From Azolla caroliniana (Eukaryota; Plantae; Polypodiophyta), in contig JBHGNT010000001.1 in assembly GCA_043228905.1 (NCBI GenBank), positions 6,820,001 to 6,884,000 on the forward strand: DNA of 64,000 bases, given 5' to 3'. The stretch's first letter is position 1. Each line of letters opens with the position of its first letter. Under the pieces are notes generated by a model. It was not told where the DNA came from. It worked only from the letters and a program-made list of their open reading frames with translations, and did no database searches. The position numbers were made by a program, and so were the translations under genes. Below are positions 1 through 11,840 of the stretch, piece by piece.

Positions 1-1368
1 TAGTAATGCATGCTTTTCTAACCATCCTTCTCTTACAATAGTGTTGTGTATTTCTTTCCCCTTACCAAGCAATCCTAAGTTGCTACATGCATTCAAAACA
101 CAAAGAAATGTGATGGAATTTGGAGAGAAACCTCCACGCAGCATTTGCCAAAAGCAATTCAATGCTTCTTCGCCATCTCCATGTTGAACATATCCTGATA
201 TCAAAGTCGTCCACGATATCACATCTCGGATTGGAAGCTTGTTGAAAACTTCTCGTGCTTTCGCAACTTCCCCACATTTTGCATACATATCTACCAATGC
301 ATTGCCAACTAAAGGGTCTTTTCCTAGAGATTTCCTTCTAGAAATGTCTTCATGTATTTCTTTGCCTTTATCAAGAGCTCCAATACTACCACACGCTTTT
401 AGAACACAAGAAAAAGTGACTTCATTTGGATGAAAGCCATCGCTTTGCATCTTTTCAAAGAGAATTAGGGCTTCATCACCATGTCCATGTTGGGCATATC
501 CAGCAATCAATGCGGTCCATGAGATAACATTATGAACTTGTAATGTATCAAACACTTCTTTTGCTTTCACAAGTGAATCACATTTGGCATACATATCTAC
601 TAACGCAGTGCCAAGCACAATGTTGTTTTCTAGCAACCCCTCTCTAACTATAAACACATATATTTCATTGCCCTTTTCGATTGCTCCAATGCTAGCACAT
701 GCCTTTAAAATGCAAATAAAGGTTACTACATTTGGTGAGAGACCCTCATATACCATTTCTTCATAGAAAATTAGAGCTTCTCTACCATATCCATGTTGAT
801 TATATCCAGAAATAAGTGAAGTCCAAGACACAACATTTCGTATTGGAATTTGATGAAACACTTCGTATGCTTTAGAAAGTTCACCGCATTTAGCATACAT
901 ATCGATTAAAGCTGTCCCAACTAACACATTCTTCATCAACAATCCTTCCTTTTCAACTTTACCATGTATTTCTTGACCTTTCTCAGACGCTTTTAGGGTT
1001 CCGCAAGCTTTCAAGATACAAGCATAAGTAAATGCATCTGGAGAGAACCCATCGATACGTTGCATTTGCTCAAAGCATCTTATAGCTTCTTCACCATGAC
1101 CATGTTGAGCATATGACGCAATAAGTGCTGTCCACGAGACAACATTTCGGATCCGAATTTGATCGAAAACTTCTCTGGATTTGTTTAAATCGCCACATTT
1201 TGCATACAAACTAACCAAAGTATTTGCAATATAAAGCTCTTTGCTAAGTAAACCACTTTTGACAACATCAGCATGTATTTTGATACATTCTTGAAGGTCC
1301 TTTTTCTTTGCACAAGATTTGAGCAATGCCATAACAGAAGAACTTTGTCGAAATTTCGGGTTTTCCAT
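1..1368 (-). CDS. PLS-class pentatricopeptide repeat protein (PPR-1), 3' end runs off the left edge of the window
   Basis: Manual translation of the minus strand from the ATG at 1368 is open to position 1: MENPKFRQSSSVMALLKSCAKKKDLQECIKIHADVVKSGLLSKELYIANTLVSLYAKCGDLNKSREVFDQIRIRNVVSWTALIASYAQHGHGEEA..., with repeated P-L-S triplets. It is absent from the ORF track because there is no stop inside the window. Confidence 0.93.
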   Translation of the reverse strand, partial: MENPKFRQSSSVMALLKSCAKKKDLQECIKIHADVVKSGLLSKELYIANTLVSLYAKCGDLNKSREVFDQIRIRNVVSWTALIASYAQHGHGEEAIRCFEQMQRIDGFSPDAFTYACILKACGTLKASEKGQEIHGKVEKEGLLMKNVLVGTALIDMYAKCGELSKAYEVFHQIPIRNVVSWTSLISGYNQHGYGREALIFYEEMVYEGLSPNVVTFICILKACASIGAIEKGNEIYVFIVREGLLENNIVLGTALVDMYAKCDSLVKAKEVFDTLQVHNVISWTALIAGYAQHGHGDEALILFEKMQSDGFHPNEVTFSCVLKACGSIGALDKGKEIHEDISRRKSLGKDPLVGNALVDMYAKCGEVAKAREVFNKLPIRDVISWTTLISGYVQHGDGEEALNCFWQMLRGGFSPNSITFLCVLNACSNLGLLGKGKEIHNTIVREGWLEKHALL

Positions 1369-3841
1369 GGCAGGTATCTTCCTACAACTCTGTTGCCTCT
1401 TCCAAGCCACATCGCAATGCGTTTCTTTCGACAAGCTCAGGGATAAGATCTAGGATGTACGCTGAAGAAGAAAAGATCTAGACGGCAAATGAAAAACAGG
1501 GGGCTTGTCTAGCTCATGGGAAAGCAGAGGTTCTAGGAAACAGAACTATCGCTTTAACGATCTCAATCAATTCATTATATATGTATATATACTTCTAACT
1601 AAGGTTTTTGCTAAAACACAACATTTGTCACAACTGCAAGTGTGAGAACGCGTGTAGATTTTGATTTGCCCATTTGCTGAACTATCCCACTTGAGGACTA
1701 TATCCATGTCAATATATATACATATAGATGATTTGACATAGTCTCACCGTAGAGCTAGGGTTTCGTGGCGCATCAATCGTTGATACCCTATTGTGGCGCT
1801 CGCCTACTTCCTCGTTGCCAGTAGCTGGACAACTTACTCATAATCCTAGTGACCCTTAGGGAACATGGAACATGCTTTGTGGTATAACAATGGAGAATCT
1901 CTGATCTCTAGAGCTCCCTCTTATTTTCATGATTGATTGGTGAATCTCTTCATTAAGCTATCCCAGTGGAAGAAAAACATCTCTTTCCATGTCTTCGAAA
2001 ATCACACATTGAGGTTTACCAAATCTTTGTCAAAAAACCTTGGTTATCAAATCATGAGTTTCCATAATTCTTTTGCTTTCATAACACCCTTCCCAACTTG
2101 TCTATCACAATATGAACTAACGAAATGGTGAATTGTTACCTTGATTTGGTTATAACCCAATGCTAGTTGTATAGGCAATTATATATACTTATATATGCAT
2201 ATGACTATGTGTTTATTTATTTATTCCAAGGTGTAAATGGGTAGTCGGTTGGATATTTAGAAGCATTAGTCTCCCCACCCCATGGAAAAAACAAAAACAA
2301 TCTCTTGCATTATTACAAGAACCTCGCCTCTAGTAATATTGTGAAAAAAAGAGTACGGAATGTAACATCCTTCTAACTATGATGGTTCCATTGTTCCATG
2401 TATGTACGTTTCTGAGATATGATCAATTATATAGCAACTTTCTTATTGGTAGCCTTACCAATGGAAGGTAGGAATTTAATGCCACGTCCCTAATAATTGA
2501 TGATCCTTTTGTTTCTACAAGTTCTACTAATGGAGTTCTCCATATGATAATAATAATGATTGGAGTGAGATAGGTATGTCATGAGTCATGACATGGAATG
2601 CATGGACCACAAGCTCATTAACTTGACACACTTTGCATAACAAAGCCCAATAATGTTGGAAATTGGGAAAAGCTCAATGTAGAGACTAAATCACCATATT
2701 CTAAAAATGAGGGAAGATCACGAGGTTCAAATACCATAGAGCTTGGGAACAAAGAGATGTATTAAAAATGTAGTTTTCTTGCTTCCAACTATGTAGATGA
2801 GATAAGGCTTCGATTGAGTGGACCCCATCCATATCATTGACCTAAAGCCTTTCTTCTCATTGGTTGTGAAGACCAATTTATAAAGAAGCCATCTAAGTCG
2901 AAAGGTGCAACTCTCAGTGTGGAAAGAGCAAGAACTCATGTATCAAGTTGTTGCAAGGATCACATTGTTTACCACCACGCTTCACCTAGCAAGTAAAGAT
3001 TGAATTCCCTCACATTGACTCAAGTCATGAATATCTCCAAAGAAAATTATAGGGCTTTTAAAATACAAAGTAAATTTTAGTCCAAAAGAACAATAATTTT
3101 GAATGGGTATTAATTTGTTCTCATCCTTTCATCTGTATTTAACAACTTTTGCATCAGCCACCTTGGATTAGCATCCTAGAAAATAGACACATTCAACAAG
3201 TGTTATGCTTTGAAAATATTCAATAAATGGAATGCCGAATGGTTCTTGTTAAGTCTAGTAAATGTCTTTCAATGGACAATATCACGTTTACACACATTTA
3301 TTAAATATTCTTGAAAACAACACTTAACGTGAACATATATGTATTAAATAACTCAAATATATATATATTGTTAAATGGTTTGGTTTAATTATGATTGTGT
3401 GTGTACTAGGATTACCAACATAAATAATGTTTTCATGTACTTAATTAAGCTTGTGAACAATTTGATTTATAGGAATTGTATCTCTATGAATAGGACTTTA
3501 TGTGAAGTTGAGTAACCCACTGCATGTAATCATTATATGTTTAAACATCTACACCACATGCGTTTGAGGCTTCAATTAGTAAAGCAAAGATCTTATATGT
3601 GCACCAAAACCCTTTTAGCAAAGGGACTTTAAAAGCCCCATTGCTGAGCTCATGTGAGATGGTTATATCAAGACATTCATCTGTGATTATCACAATTCAT
3701 GTCGGTAGGCTCCCTCCTTTCATGACCCTTGATCAACAATAACTACCTGAATTCACATATATTGTTTTTGTACTCCACTTTCATAGCAATGGTCATTGCT
3801 TTTTGCTTCAACGAAATGATATGGGGAAATACTTTACATCA

Positions 3842-4200
3842 TAGATCTATTTGTGGTCAAGTTGTCAACTTTACAACCAATATAACCATCAAATCATCAT
3901 TCAAGAGATAAAAAGCTTTCAACAAATTGCAATGAATCTTTATCCAAATAGCAAAAAGAGACTCATCACTACAGGTCAAATTTCCCTCCCTATGATCATG
4001 TGACCCATGCATCCCATACAAGATTTTGCACTAGATCTATTTGGTGTCAAGCTAACTTTACAACCAATACAACCATCAAATCATCAAGGATAGACTCATT
4101 CAACTGTTGAAAAGCTTTCTTCAAATTGCACTGAATCTTCATTCAGATATTGACAAGAGAATGGTTACTACAGTTCACTGATCCCTCCCTATGCTTATGT
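3842..4200. repeat. Imperfect ~190-bp tandem duplication downstream of PPR-2
   Basis: Units start tagatctatttg at 3842 and 4032 and share actttacaaccaata..accatcaaatcatca, aaagctttc..caaattgca.tgaatctt and ccctccctatg. Confidence 0.8.
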
Positions 4201-4417
4201 TATACATATCATGTGATCTGTGTCCCCTAGGAGTATTTGTATATGCATTTGTATAGCTTTGTTGTATGCCTTCACAGGTCATTGTCACATATTTCTATTA
4301 CTAAAATCTTTACGAAACTTATCATGAGAAGTTTTCTGAGAACCTCTACAAAAAATATATATACATCAGCTCAAATTGAACCCAATTTCATGATGATGAG
4401 TATTCATTGCTATTGTT

Positions 4418-6094
4418 CTATAATATTTTGGCATCTTCTATGTTTTCACTTGAATAGACATTACACATGCCAATATATGAGGAGGCATAGTTCTCGTCCA
4501 ATTGTAGTGCGCGTTCAAAAGCCAATAATGCGAGTTTTTTATTTCCCCATTTCTGACAAGCACTTAACAATGCTGTCCACAATGGAAGATAGTCAGAGGT
4601 TGGCATCTTTTCTATTATTGCTAATGCCTCATCAAAATGTCCAGCACGAGCAAATACATCAACCATACAAGTATTTTGCTCTAACATTGGAATTATGCCA
4701 TAACTTCTACTCATGCTTTCACCATACAATCGGGCCAAATCTAGCAAACCTGAATGACTACATCCATTTAGTAAAACAGTGAATGTGACCAGGTTAGGTT
4801 CTATACCGTCACATACCATTTTATTAAATAAATCAATAACAACGTTATCGCTTCCGAGTTGTACATATCCTGATATTAATGTGGTCCAAGAGACAACATC
4901 ATGAAAAGGAAGTTTGTCAAACACTTCTTGAGCCTTTTCATGTGCACCACATCTGGCATACATATCTATCAATACATTGCCAATTGAAATGTCTTCTTCC
5001 AGAGATGATTCATTGACAATCTCAGCATGGATTTGTTTGCCTTTATCAATGGCTCCTATGCTTCCACATGCTTTCAAGCTGGAAATAAATGTGACAGAAT
5101 TCGGTAAACACCCCTCACGTTGCATCAATTCAAAGCATTGCACTGCTTCTTTACCATACCCATGCTGGGTATATCCTCCCATTAATGAGGTCCACGAGAT
5201 TAGATCCCGATCTTTAAGATTCTCAAACACTTGATATGCTTTTGCAATCTCACCACATTTGGCATACATGTCCACCAATGCATTCCCAACTAATACATCT
5301 TTCTCCAATAAACTCTCCCGGATAATTTGTAAATGTATTTTTTCACCCTTATCTAATGCTCGAGCACTACCACATACTTTCAAGATACAAATGAGAGTGA
5401 CTATATTTGGAGTTAGGCCATCACACTGCATCTTTTCAAAGCAATAAAGAGATTCTTCCCAAAGTCCATGTTGCCTATATGCGGTGATGAGTGTGGTCCA
5501 TGCAACCACATCCCGAGATTTGAGCGTTTCAAACACTTCTTGTGCTTTTTCAAGGAAACCACATTTTGCATACATATCCACCAATGAGGTACCAAGCAAA
5601 ACATCGTTTTCAAGAGATCCCTGTATCTCAGAATGGATTTCTTCACCTTTCCTAACCAATTGGATGTTGCCACATGCTTTCAAGGCACAAGAGAACGTGA
5701 GCCCATTGGGTGAGATCCCATCATACCTTATTTGATCAAAAAGATTTAAAGCTATCTCTGGATGTTCACATTGGACATATCCAGAAATCAAGGATGTCCA
5801 TGAAACAACATTTCGAATCGGAAGCTCATCAAACACTTCTTGTGCTTTAGAAATTTCACCACATTTTACATACAAACTTATCAAGGAGCTCCCAATGTAT
5901 ATGTCCTTATGCACTAAACCTTCCTTGAGAATATGCTCATGTATTTTTCTCCCTCTATTCAGATCTCTTCTCTTAGCACAATCTTTTAATATCGCTACGA
6001 AATCAGCATTTTTAAGGCATCGAACTCTCCATATCTGCTCAGTAGTAGCAACATTGGTATGCGAACTTTTTTTGCTCACTATTTTTGCATTCAT
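4418..6094 (-). CDS. PLS-E class PPR protein (PPR-2), 558 aa, no DYW domain
   Basis: P-L-S triplets (VVSWTSLISGY, TFSCALKACG, LVDMYAKCG), then P2-L2-S2 (CSHSGLLD, CMVDVFARAGHFDEA) and E1/E2 (LWTALLSACQKWGN, SSYIGMCNVY), followed by a stop. Confidence 0.95.
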   Translation of the reverse strand: MNAKIVSKKSSHTNVATTEQIWRVRCLKNADFVAILKDCAKRRDLNRGRKIHEHILKEGLVHKDIYIGSSLISLYVKCGEISKAQEVFDELPIRNVVSWTSLISGYVQCEHPEIALNLFDQIRYDGISPNGLTFSCALKACGNIQLVRKGEEIHSEIQGSLENDVLLGTSLVDMYAKCGFLEKAQEVFETLKSRDVVAWTTLITAYRQHGLWEESLYCFEKMQCDGLTPNIVTLICILKVCGSARALDKGEKIHLQIIRESLLEKDVLVGNALVDMYAKCGEIAKAYQVFENLKDRDLISWTSLMGGYTQHGYGKEAVQCFELMQREGCLPNSVTFISSLKACGSIGAIDKGKQIHAEIVNESSLEEDISIGNVLIDMYARCGAHEKAQEVFDKLPFHDVVSWTTLISGYVQLGSDNVVIDLFNKMVCDGIEPNLVTFTVLLNGCSHSGLLDLARLYGESMSRSYGIIPMLEQNTCMVDVFARAGHFDEALAIIEKMPTSDYLPLWTALLSACQKWGNKKLALLAFERALQLDENYASSYIGMCNVYSSENIEDAKIL

Positions 6095-7461
6095 TCCTCA
6101 TGAATTACTTCTATAAGTGTCTAAATTGTATCTTTCACTTTCTATTGAACTAGCCATGATTCCTATGCCTAGGAAGAAGAAAACCAAAACAGAGGAAAAA
6201 GTGGTTAAGTAGTGCCTCCAGAAAAAGAGCGCTGCAGCACTCTGTCCTTTCAATGCCCCAGCATCTATGGACAGAGAATCCATAGCTTGAGTTACTCTTA
6301 ACAAGCAAACAACCGAACAAAAGAGAACTTGATTTTTCCTCTGTTTTTTGAAGGAGGAAAAGGAGGTTCCATGAAATGAAGAAATAATAGGGCCTATTTT
6401 TCACCCTATGAGTCTTGGACTGTGAATTGATTTATTGATGTGTGTAATTGTCCCATAAATGGATCGTTGAGTCCGGGAGGCCAATTGCCAAGCCCACAAC
6501 AACCACTGCAAGATGTATGTGTTCGACAAACTCCATGCCAAATACAGTTTCAAACATCTTGTCCGTTATCAAAACATACATGGGTTTGGGAGGTCCGATA
6601 ATCATTTTCACGAGTAAGAAGTAGGAATTTAGTTCAAAATGAAGTTTAAAAACATCTATTATGGTATTGTTAGAGTAATTGGGATAGTCTTTGGTGATAA
6701 ACTTCAAGAGTAATTCATAGGTTTCCCATTAAGGAAGAGATTCTAATTGTTTTGAACATTTGGAATTATTCTCAATCTATTTTACCACTCAACTTTCTTG
6801 ACTAGTTGGACATTTTGGGAGTTGTGGGATGCATGGTTATAATGCTTTTTTTTTAGTAACACTTTTGTTACTAGTGTGAAACCTCAAAGTGAGGTGAAAA
6901 CCCACAAAGAATAAAGAAAAATATACAAGTGTTGATTAGACACTGAAGAGCTTAAAAGCACTCAAAGTAAAGATTGTAAATTTGCAGTGTGATGTCTCGA
7001 AGTTGTAGACAATCAAATAGAGATTGCCTGAGGGATTGCTTAAAGAAGCTAACTTCATGTAGTTGGTTTCCATCAAAGTCCTTATTATTGCGGGTTGTCC
7101 AAACGGTCCAGAGTGCCCAAAATCGTGTCCATTGGAGAAAATAGGCATTGTTGAATAGGACACACGGAATTTGTCCAAATATCCAAAAGTGTTTGCCAAA
7201 CATTCGACCAAGAAATCTATGATAAAGAGATGCACTTAGTCTTTCTACAAATTTTGTAGTGAATGAGCAAGTCCATAATAAGCATGGGACCGTTTCCTTC
7301 ATTGTTATAATGTAACATTAGTCATCCATCAATGTGGAATTTCTTTATCTAGAATAGTAATAATCCCAAGAATCTACTCATAGCATTCAAAGTGCTAACA
7401 ATATTTCATGGCTCATTGAATTCCACTTATGTAGGTTACAAGAGAAAAGATTTTCCACAGT

Positions 7462-7661
7462 TATCATTCCATGCTGAATTGCCCCTAATATAGCTTTCAT
7501 CAATTAGTGACATATAAAGTTAAGAACTATCATTCCATGCTGAATTGCCCCTAATATAGCTTTCATCAATTAGTGACATATAAAGTTAAGAACTATCATT
7601 CCATGCTGAATTGCCCCTAATATAGCTTTCATCAATTAGTGACATATAAAGTTAAGAACTA
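7462..7661. repeat. Perfect 66-bp x3 tandem repeat
   Basis: Unit tatcattccatgctgaattgcccctaatatagctttcatcaattagtgacatataaagttaagaac starts at 7462, 7528 and 7594. Confidence 0.95.
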
Positions 7662-8621
7662 CATGTATTCATTCTCTAGTGCATGAAAAAACTACCATCC
7701 ACCATGAAGAAGGTGATTATCTACCTAGGATTTGTCCCACAATCACTAAGGGCTCTTAATTCATCGTGTTCACCTAGTTAGTCATATGATATATCTATGT
7801 TTACCTTACACAGTTCTCAATTAAAACCAGGTCAGTGCAAATGCAACATTTGGTGATGTGGCCAAAATCTACAATGGCAATTAAATAAGTTTTCACTTGC
7901 TCAAGTGTATGCAACTACTATATATCTAGCATCATTCTAGGTTTCGTGTGGATTGATCACATCAATAAGGTGTTCTCAAATAGAGTGAGCATGTAGAGCC
8001 TTAGTTTTATATCTAACATTGACAAATAAGCCATTTTATTTAAATCCATTACAAAGTTGTCGTGATGCAACAAAATTTCGCGACGAAAATATATGTCCAA
8101 GAGAATTGGAGTCATCGTCATCAATGGCCCTCACATACCCCCAAACATCATGAATTGGAAGCAATGCCTAGAATGGTGCTTACCGAAATCAAGTATGTGT
8201 GTGCTTAGCGAGCAAAGTCATGAAGTAGGCACTTTCCACCAATGCGGGGCATGTGTGTGTGGTGTGTGTCGCTTACGATCGTTCCATGCTAGATGATGAT
8301 AGCATAACTTGTGGCACATGTTAAGCTAAAGGTAGGTAGTTAGTTAGTTAAAAGTTGGTTCAAGAAGGAGGTTTTGTAAATGAACTTAAAAAGCTTTAGC
8401 TCTTGAGAACTTTCAAAGGAAATATGAACCATGCATGCATGCCAAAACTATAACCACATGAAGAGAGAACAGAGTGGAATCTTCTTAACCATACCCTGTT
8501 CTGATCTCCAACAGCAAAGGTGTCATATAGACTTTCTGATATACAATGAAAGGGGTAACGTGTGCTCACATTACAGGGCAATGTTAGAGGAGCCTCTGTC
8601 TGTGAGTATTTGTGTGAGGGG

Positions 8622-11600
8622 ATGAGAAAAGATACGGACAAGATCAATGCTGAAAACCGGTATCCTAATCAAGATTTTACAGTTGTTGAGTTGCTTCAGT
8701 CTTGTGCCAAGAAGAAGGATGTGTGCAGAGGCACAAGGATTCATGTGGAGGTTCTAAAGAGAGGATTACTTGAGAAAAGCCCTTATATAGCTACCACTTT
8801 AATCCATATGTATGTGAAATGTGGTCTTTTTTCGAAAGCTAAGCAAGTTTTTGAAGAACTTTCCACTAGAGATGTAGCACCTTGGACATCACTCATTGGA
8901 GGCTACGTCCAAGATGGTCAATCACATGAAGCAATTGATTGTTTCTATCGAATGCAGTCCGAGGGTCTCTACCCGAATGAAGTTACATTTATTTGCATTT
9001 TGAAAGCTTGTGGAAGCGTACAATCCATGGATAATGGTAAAAGGGTACATGATGCAATTGTGAGTAGAGGCTTGCTGGAGAAAAATGCTATGTTAGGCAA
9101 TGCTTTAGTGCACATGTATGCCAAATGTGGCGATTTCGTACATGCTTATCAAGTGCTTAGAGATCTTCCATCTCGAGATGAAGTCTCTTGGTCTATTCTC
9201 ATTCTTGGATATGTCCAAGAAGGGCTATGGCATGAAGCTTTGCATTGCCATGCACATATGCAAAGAGATGGTTTTTTTCCGAATGTGGTCACCTTTGTTT
9301 ACTTATTGAAGGCTTGTGGCAGAATAGGAGCTATTGAAGAAGGTCAACGAATTCACAATGAGATTACTGCTCGGAGATTGTTGGACACGAATATTGTTCT
9401 TGGAAATGCGTTGTTGGATATGTATGTCAAATGTTGTATGTTGGCAAAAGCACACCAAGTTCTTGATGAGTTGCCTAATCGAGACGTAATCTCTTGGAAT
9501 ACACTAACTGCAGGGTATGTTCGACACGACCAAGGCCACAAAGCACTGGACTGTGTTACAAGGATGGAAAAGGAAGGACTCTCTCCAAATGAAATCACAT
9601 TTTCATGCATCTTGAAGGCTTGTGGTAGCATCGGAGCCATCGACAAGGGAGAACAAATTCATGATGAGATTGCAAACAAATGCTTGCTAGAGAAAAACGT
9701 CATGCTTGGCACCACGTTAGTCAGCATGTATGCCAAATGTGGCGTGCTTGTAAAAGCCCAACAAGTGCTTGAAAAGATTTGTCTTCGAAATGTAGTGTCT
9801 TGGAATGCACTTATTTCTGGATATGTCCAACATGCACAACCAGATGAAGCACTCAATTCTTTCCAGAGGATGCAAACAGAGGGAGTCTCACCAGATATAG
9901 TCACCCTGGTGTGCATTTTAAAGGCTTGTGGTAACGTAGGGAATATAGATAGAGGCAATGAAATTCATGATGAAATTGTTAATAGGGGCTTGTTGAAAGA
10001 AAACCTTATGCTTGGTAATGCATTGGTAGACATGTACACCAAATGTGGTGTACTTACGAAAGCACGGCAAGTGTTTGAAGGACTTCCGGCACGGGATGTA
10101 GTCTCTTGGTCTTCACTTATTGCAGGATATGCCGAAAATGGTCATGGCCATGAAGCGTACAAATGTTTCAAACACATGCAAAAGGAAGGGTTTACCCCAA
10201 ATGAGGTCACATTTACTTGTGTTCTTAAGGCATGTGGAAACATGGGAGCCATTGAGAAGGGTGAGCAAATCCATGATGAGATTGTTAGTAAGAACTTCTT
10301 GGAGAAAAATATGGTGCTTGGAAATGCTTTGGTTGATATGTATGCCAAATGTGGTGCGCTCATAAAAGCCCAACAAGTGCACGAAAGGCTTCGTATACGA
10401 AATGTGGTTTCTTGGAATGCTCTCATTGTGGGATATGCCCAACAGGGTCAAGGCCATGAAGCACTGAGCTGTGTTGCAATGATGCAAAATGAGGGTATTT
10501 TTCTGGATGAGGTCACCTTCACTTCTATCCTGATGGCTTGTGGAAGTATAGGAGCAATCGAGAAAGGAAAACAGATTCATCATTTAGTTGCTAGCCAAGG
10601 TTTGGTAAAGAAGAATGTGGTGCTTGGCACTGCATTGGTGAATATGTATGCTAAATGTGATATGCTCGTAACAGCACAGCAGGTGCTCAAGGAGCTTTGT
10701 GTTAGAAATGTCGTTGCATGGAATACACTAATGGCAGGTTATATCCAACAAGAGAAAAGCCATGAAGTGTTCAAATGTTTTTCACAGATGAAAAAAGATG
10801 GTCTCTCTCCAGATGAGGTCACCTTCATGTTCATCCTTAAAGCATGTGGCAGCTTACGAGCTCTTGACAAGGGCAGCCAAATTCATGATGAAATCTTAAG
10901 CCTAAGATTGTTGAGTACTAATAATGATATGCTTGGCAATGCCTTGGTGGAGATGTATGCCAAATGTGGTGTATTTCCAAAAGCACAGAAAGTGCTTGAG
11001 GAGATTTCTGTTTGCAACGTAGCGTCATGGAATGCTCTAATGCAAGGATATATTGAACATGACCAATTTTATGAAGCATTTGATTGTTTTATATGGATGA
11101 AAAGAAATAGAATCTCTCCTAATGAGACCACCTTTGCTTGTGTGCTCAAGGCATGTGGTACCATAGGAGCTTTTGAGAAAGGCAAAAAAATTCATGACGA
11201 GCTTATCCATACCAGATTTTTGAAGGAAAGCGTTGTCCTCGGAAATGTGTTGGTCGATATGTATGCCAAATGTGGAGTGCTTGAAAAAGCACGTGAAGTG
11301 CTTCTTAAGATTCCGATTCGGAGTATAATCTCTTGGAATGCACTAATTGTCGGTTATGCCCAAGAGGGACAAAGTCATGAAGTACTCAATACTCTTGCAC
11401 ACATGCAAAAAGATGGTATTTCCCCAAACGAGGTAACGATTCTACATGTCTTGAAGGCATGTAGCCAGCTAGGGAAATTGAGAGAGGCAGAAATGTATTA
11501 CGAAAATATGAGCAAAGATTATCATATTACACCTGTACTAGAGCACCATACTTGCATGGTGGGTGCACTTGGATATGGAGGGTGCTTTGAGAAGGCAATG

Positions 11601-11840
11601 TTTGTGATCAATAAGATATCATATGTTGAAAGTCCTTGTATTTGGATTGCGCTATTGGGTGCTTGTCGAAAATGGGGGAATGTAAAACTTGGTAGATTGG
11701 CGTTTGATCGAGCAATTGAGCTCGATCCCAACCTTGGCTCACCTTATGTGCTCATGGCTAGTATTTATGGAGATTCTGGGATGTGTGAGGATGTACAAAA
11801 GATTGAAATCATGAGACATAGAAATCATGTGTATGGATAA
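8622..11840 (+). CDS. Long PLS-E class PPR protein (PPR-3), about 29 PPR motifs, no DYW domain
   Basis: ORF 8562..11840 with its first in-frame ATG at 8622; ttacag at 8571-8576 could be an acceptor for an upstream exon. Architecture is L-S, eight P-L-S triplets, P2-L2-S2, E1 (IWIALLGACRKWGN), E2 (PYVLMASIYGDSG). Confidence 0.95.
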   Translation: MRKDTDKINAENRYPNQDFTVVELLQSCAKKKDVCRGTRIHVEVLKRGLLEKSPYIATTLIHMYVKCGLFSKAKQVFEELSTRDVAPWTSLIGGYVQDGQSHEAIDCFYRMQSEGLYPNEVTFICILKACGSVQSMDNGKRVHDAIVSRGLLEKNAMLGNALVHMYAKCGDFVHAYQVLRDLPSRDEVSWSILILGYVQEGLWHEALHCHAHMQRDGFFPNVVTFVYLLKACGRIGAIEEGQRIHNEITARRLLDTNIVLGNALLDMYVKCCMLAKAHQVLDELPNRDVISWNTLTAGYVRHDQGHKALDCVTRMEKEGLSPNEITFSCILKACGSIGAIDKGEQIHDEIANKCLLEKNVMLGTTLVSMYAKCGVLVKAQQVLEKICLRNVVSWNALISGYVQHAQPDEALNSFQRMQTEGVSPDIVTLVCILKACGNVGNIDRGNEIHDEIVNRGLLKENLMLGNALVDMYTKCGVLTKARQVFEGLPARDVVSWSSLIAGYAENGHGHEAYKCFKHMQKEGFTPNEVTFTCVLKACGNMGAIEKGEQIHDEIVSKNFLEKNMVLGNALVDMYAKCGALIKAQQVHERLRIRNVVSWNALIVGYAQQGQGHEALSCVAMMQNEGIFLDEVTFTSILMACGSIGAIEKGKQIHHLVASQGLVKKNVVLGTALVNMYAKCDMLVTAQQVLKELCVRNVVAWNTLMAGYIQQEKSHEVFKCFSQMKKDGLSPDEVTFMFILKACGSLRALDKGSQIHDEILSLRLLSTNNDMLGNALVEMYAKCGVFPKAQKVLEEISVCNVASWNALMQGYIEHDQFYEAFDCFIWMKRNRISPNETTFACVLKACGTIGAFEKGKKIHDELIHTRFLKESVVLGNVLVDMYAKCGVLEKAREVLLKIPIRSIISWNALIVGYAQEGQSHEVLNTLAHMQKDGISPNEVTILHVLKACSQLGKLREAEMYYENMSKDYHITPVLEHHTCMVGALGYGGCFEKAMFVINKISYVESPCIWIALLGACRKWGNVKLGRLAFDRAIELDPNLGSPYVLMASIYGDSGMCEDVQKIEIMRHRNHVYG

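Noticed and set aside
1860-2070. Ubiquitin-like words (YQIFVK here; PDSTIHLW in ORF 6432-6707)
   Set aside because: Matches are only 5-6 residues, with wrong spacing, frameshifts and no di-Gly end. Not supportable without a profile search.
7462-7661. Possible CRISPR-like array (also 54095-54190)
   Set aside because: Head-to-tail repeats with no unique spacers, no cas genes and a eukaryotic context.
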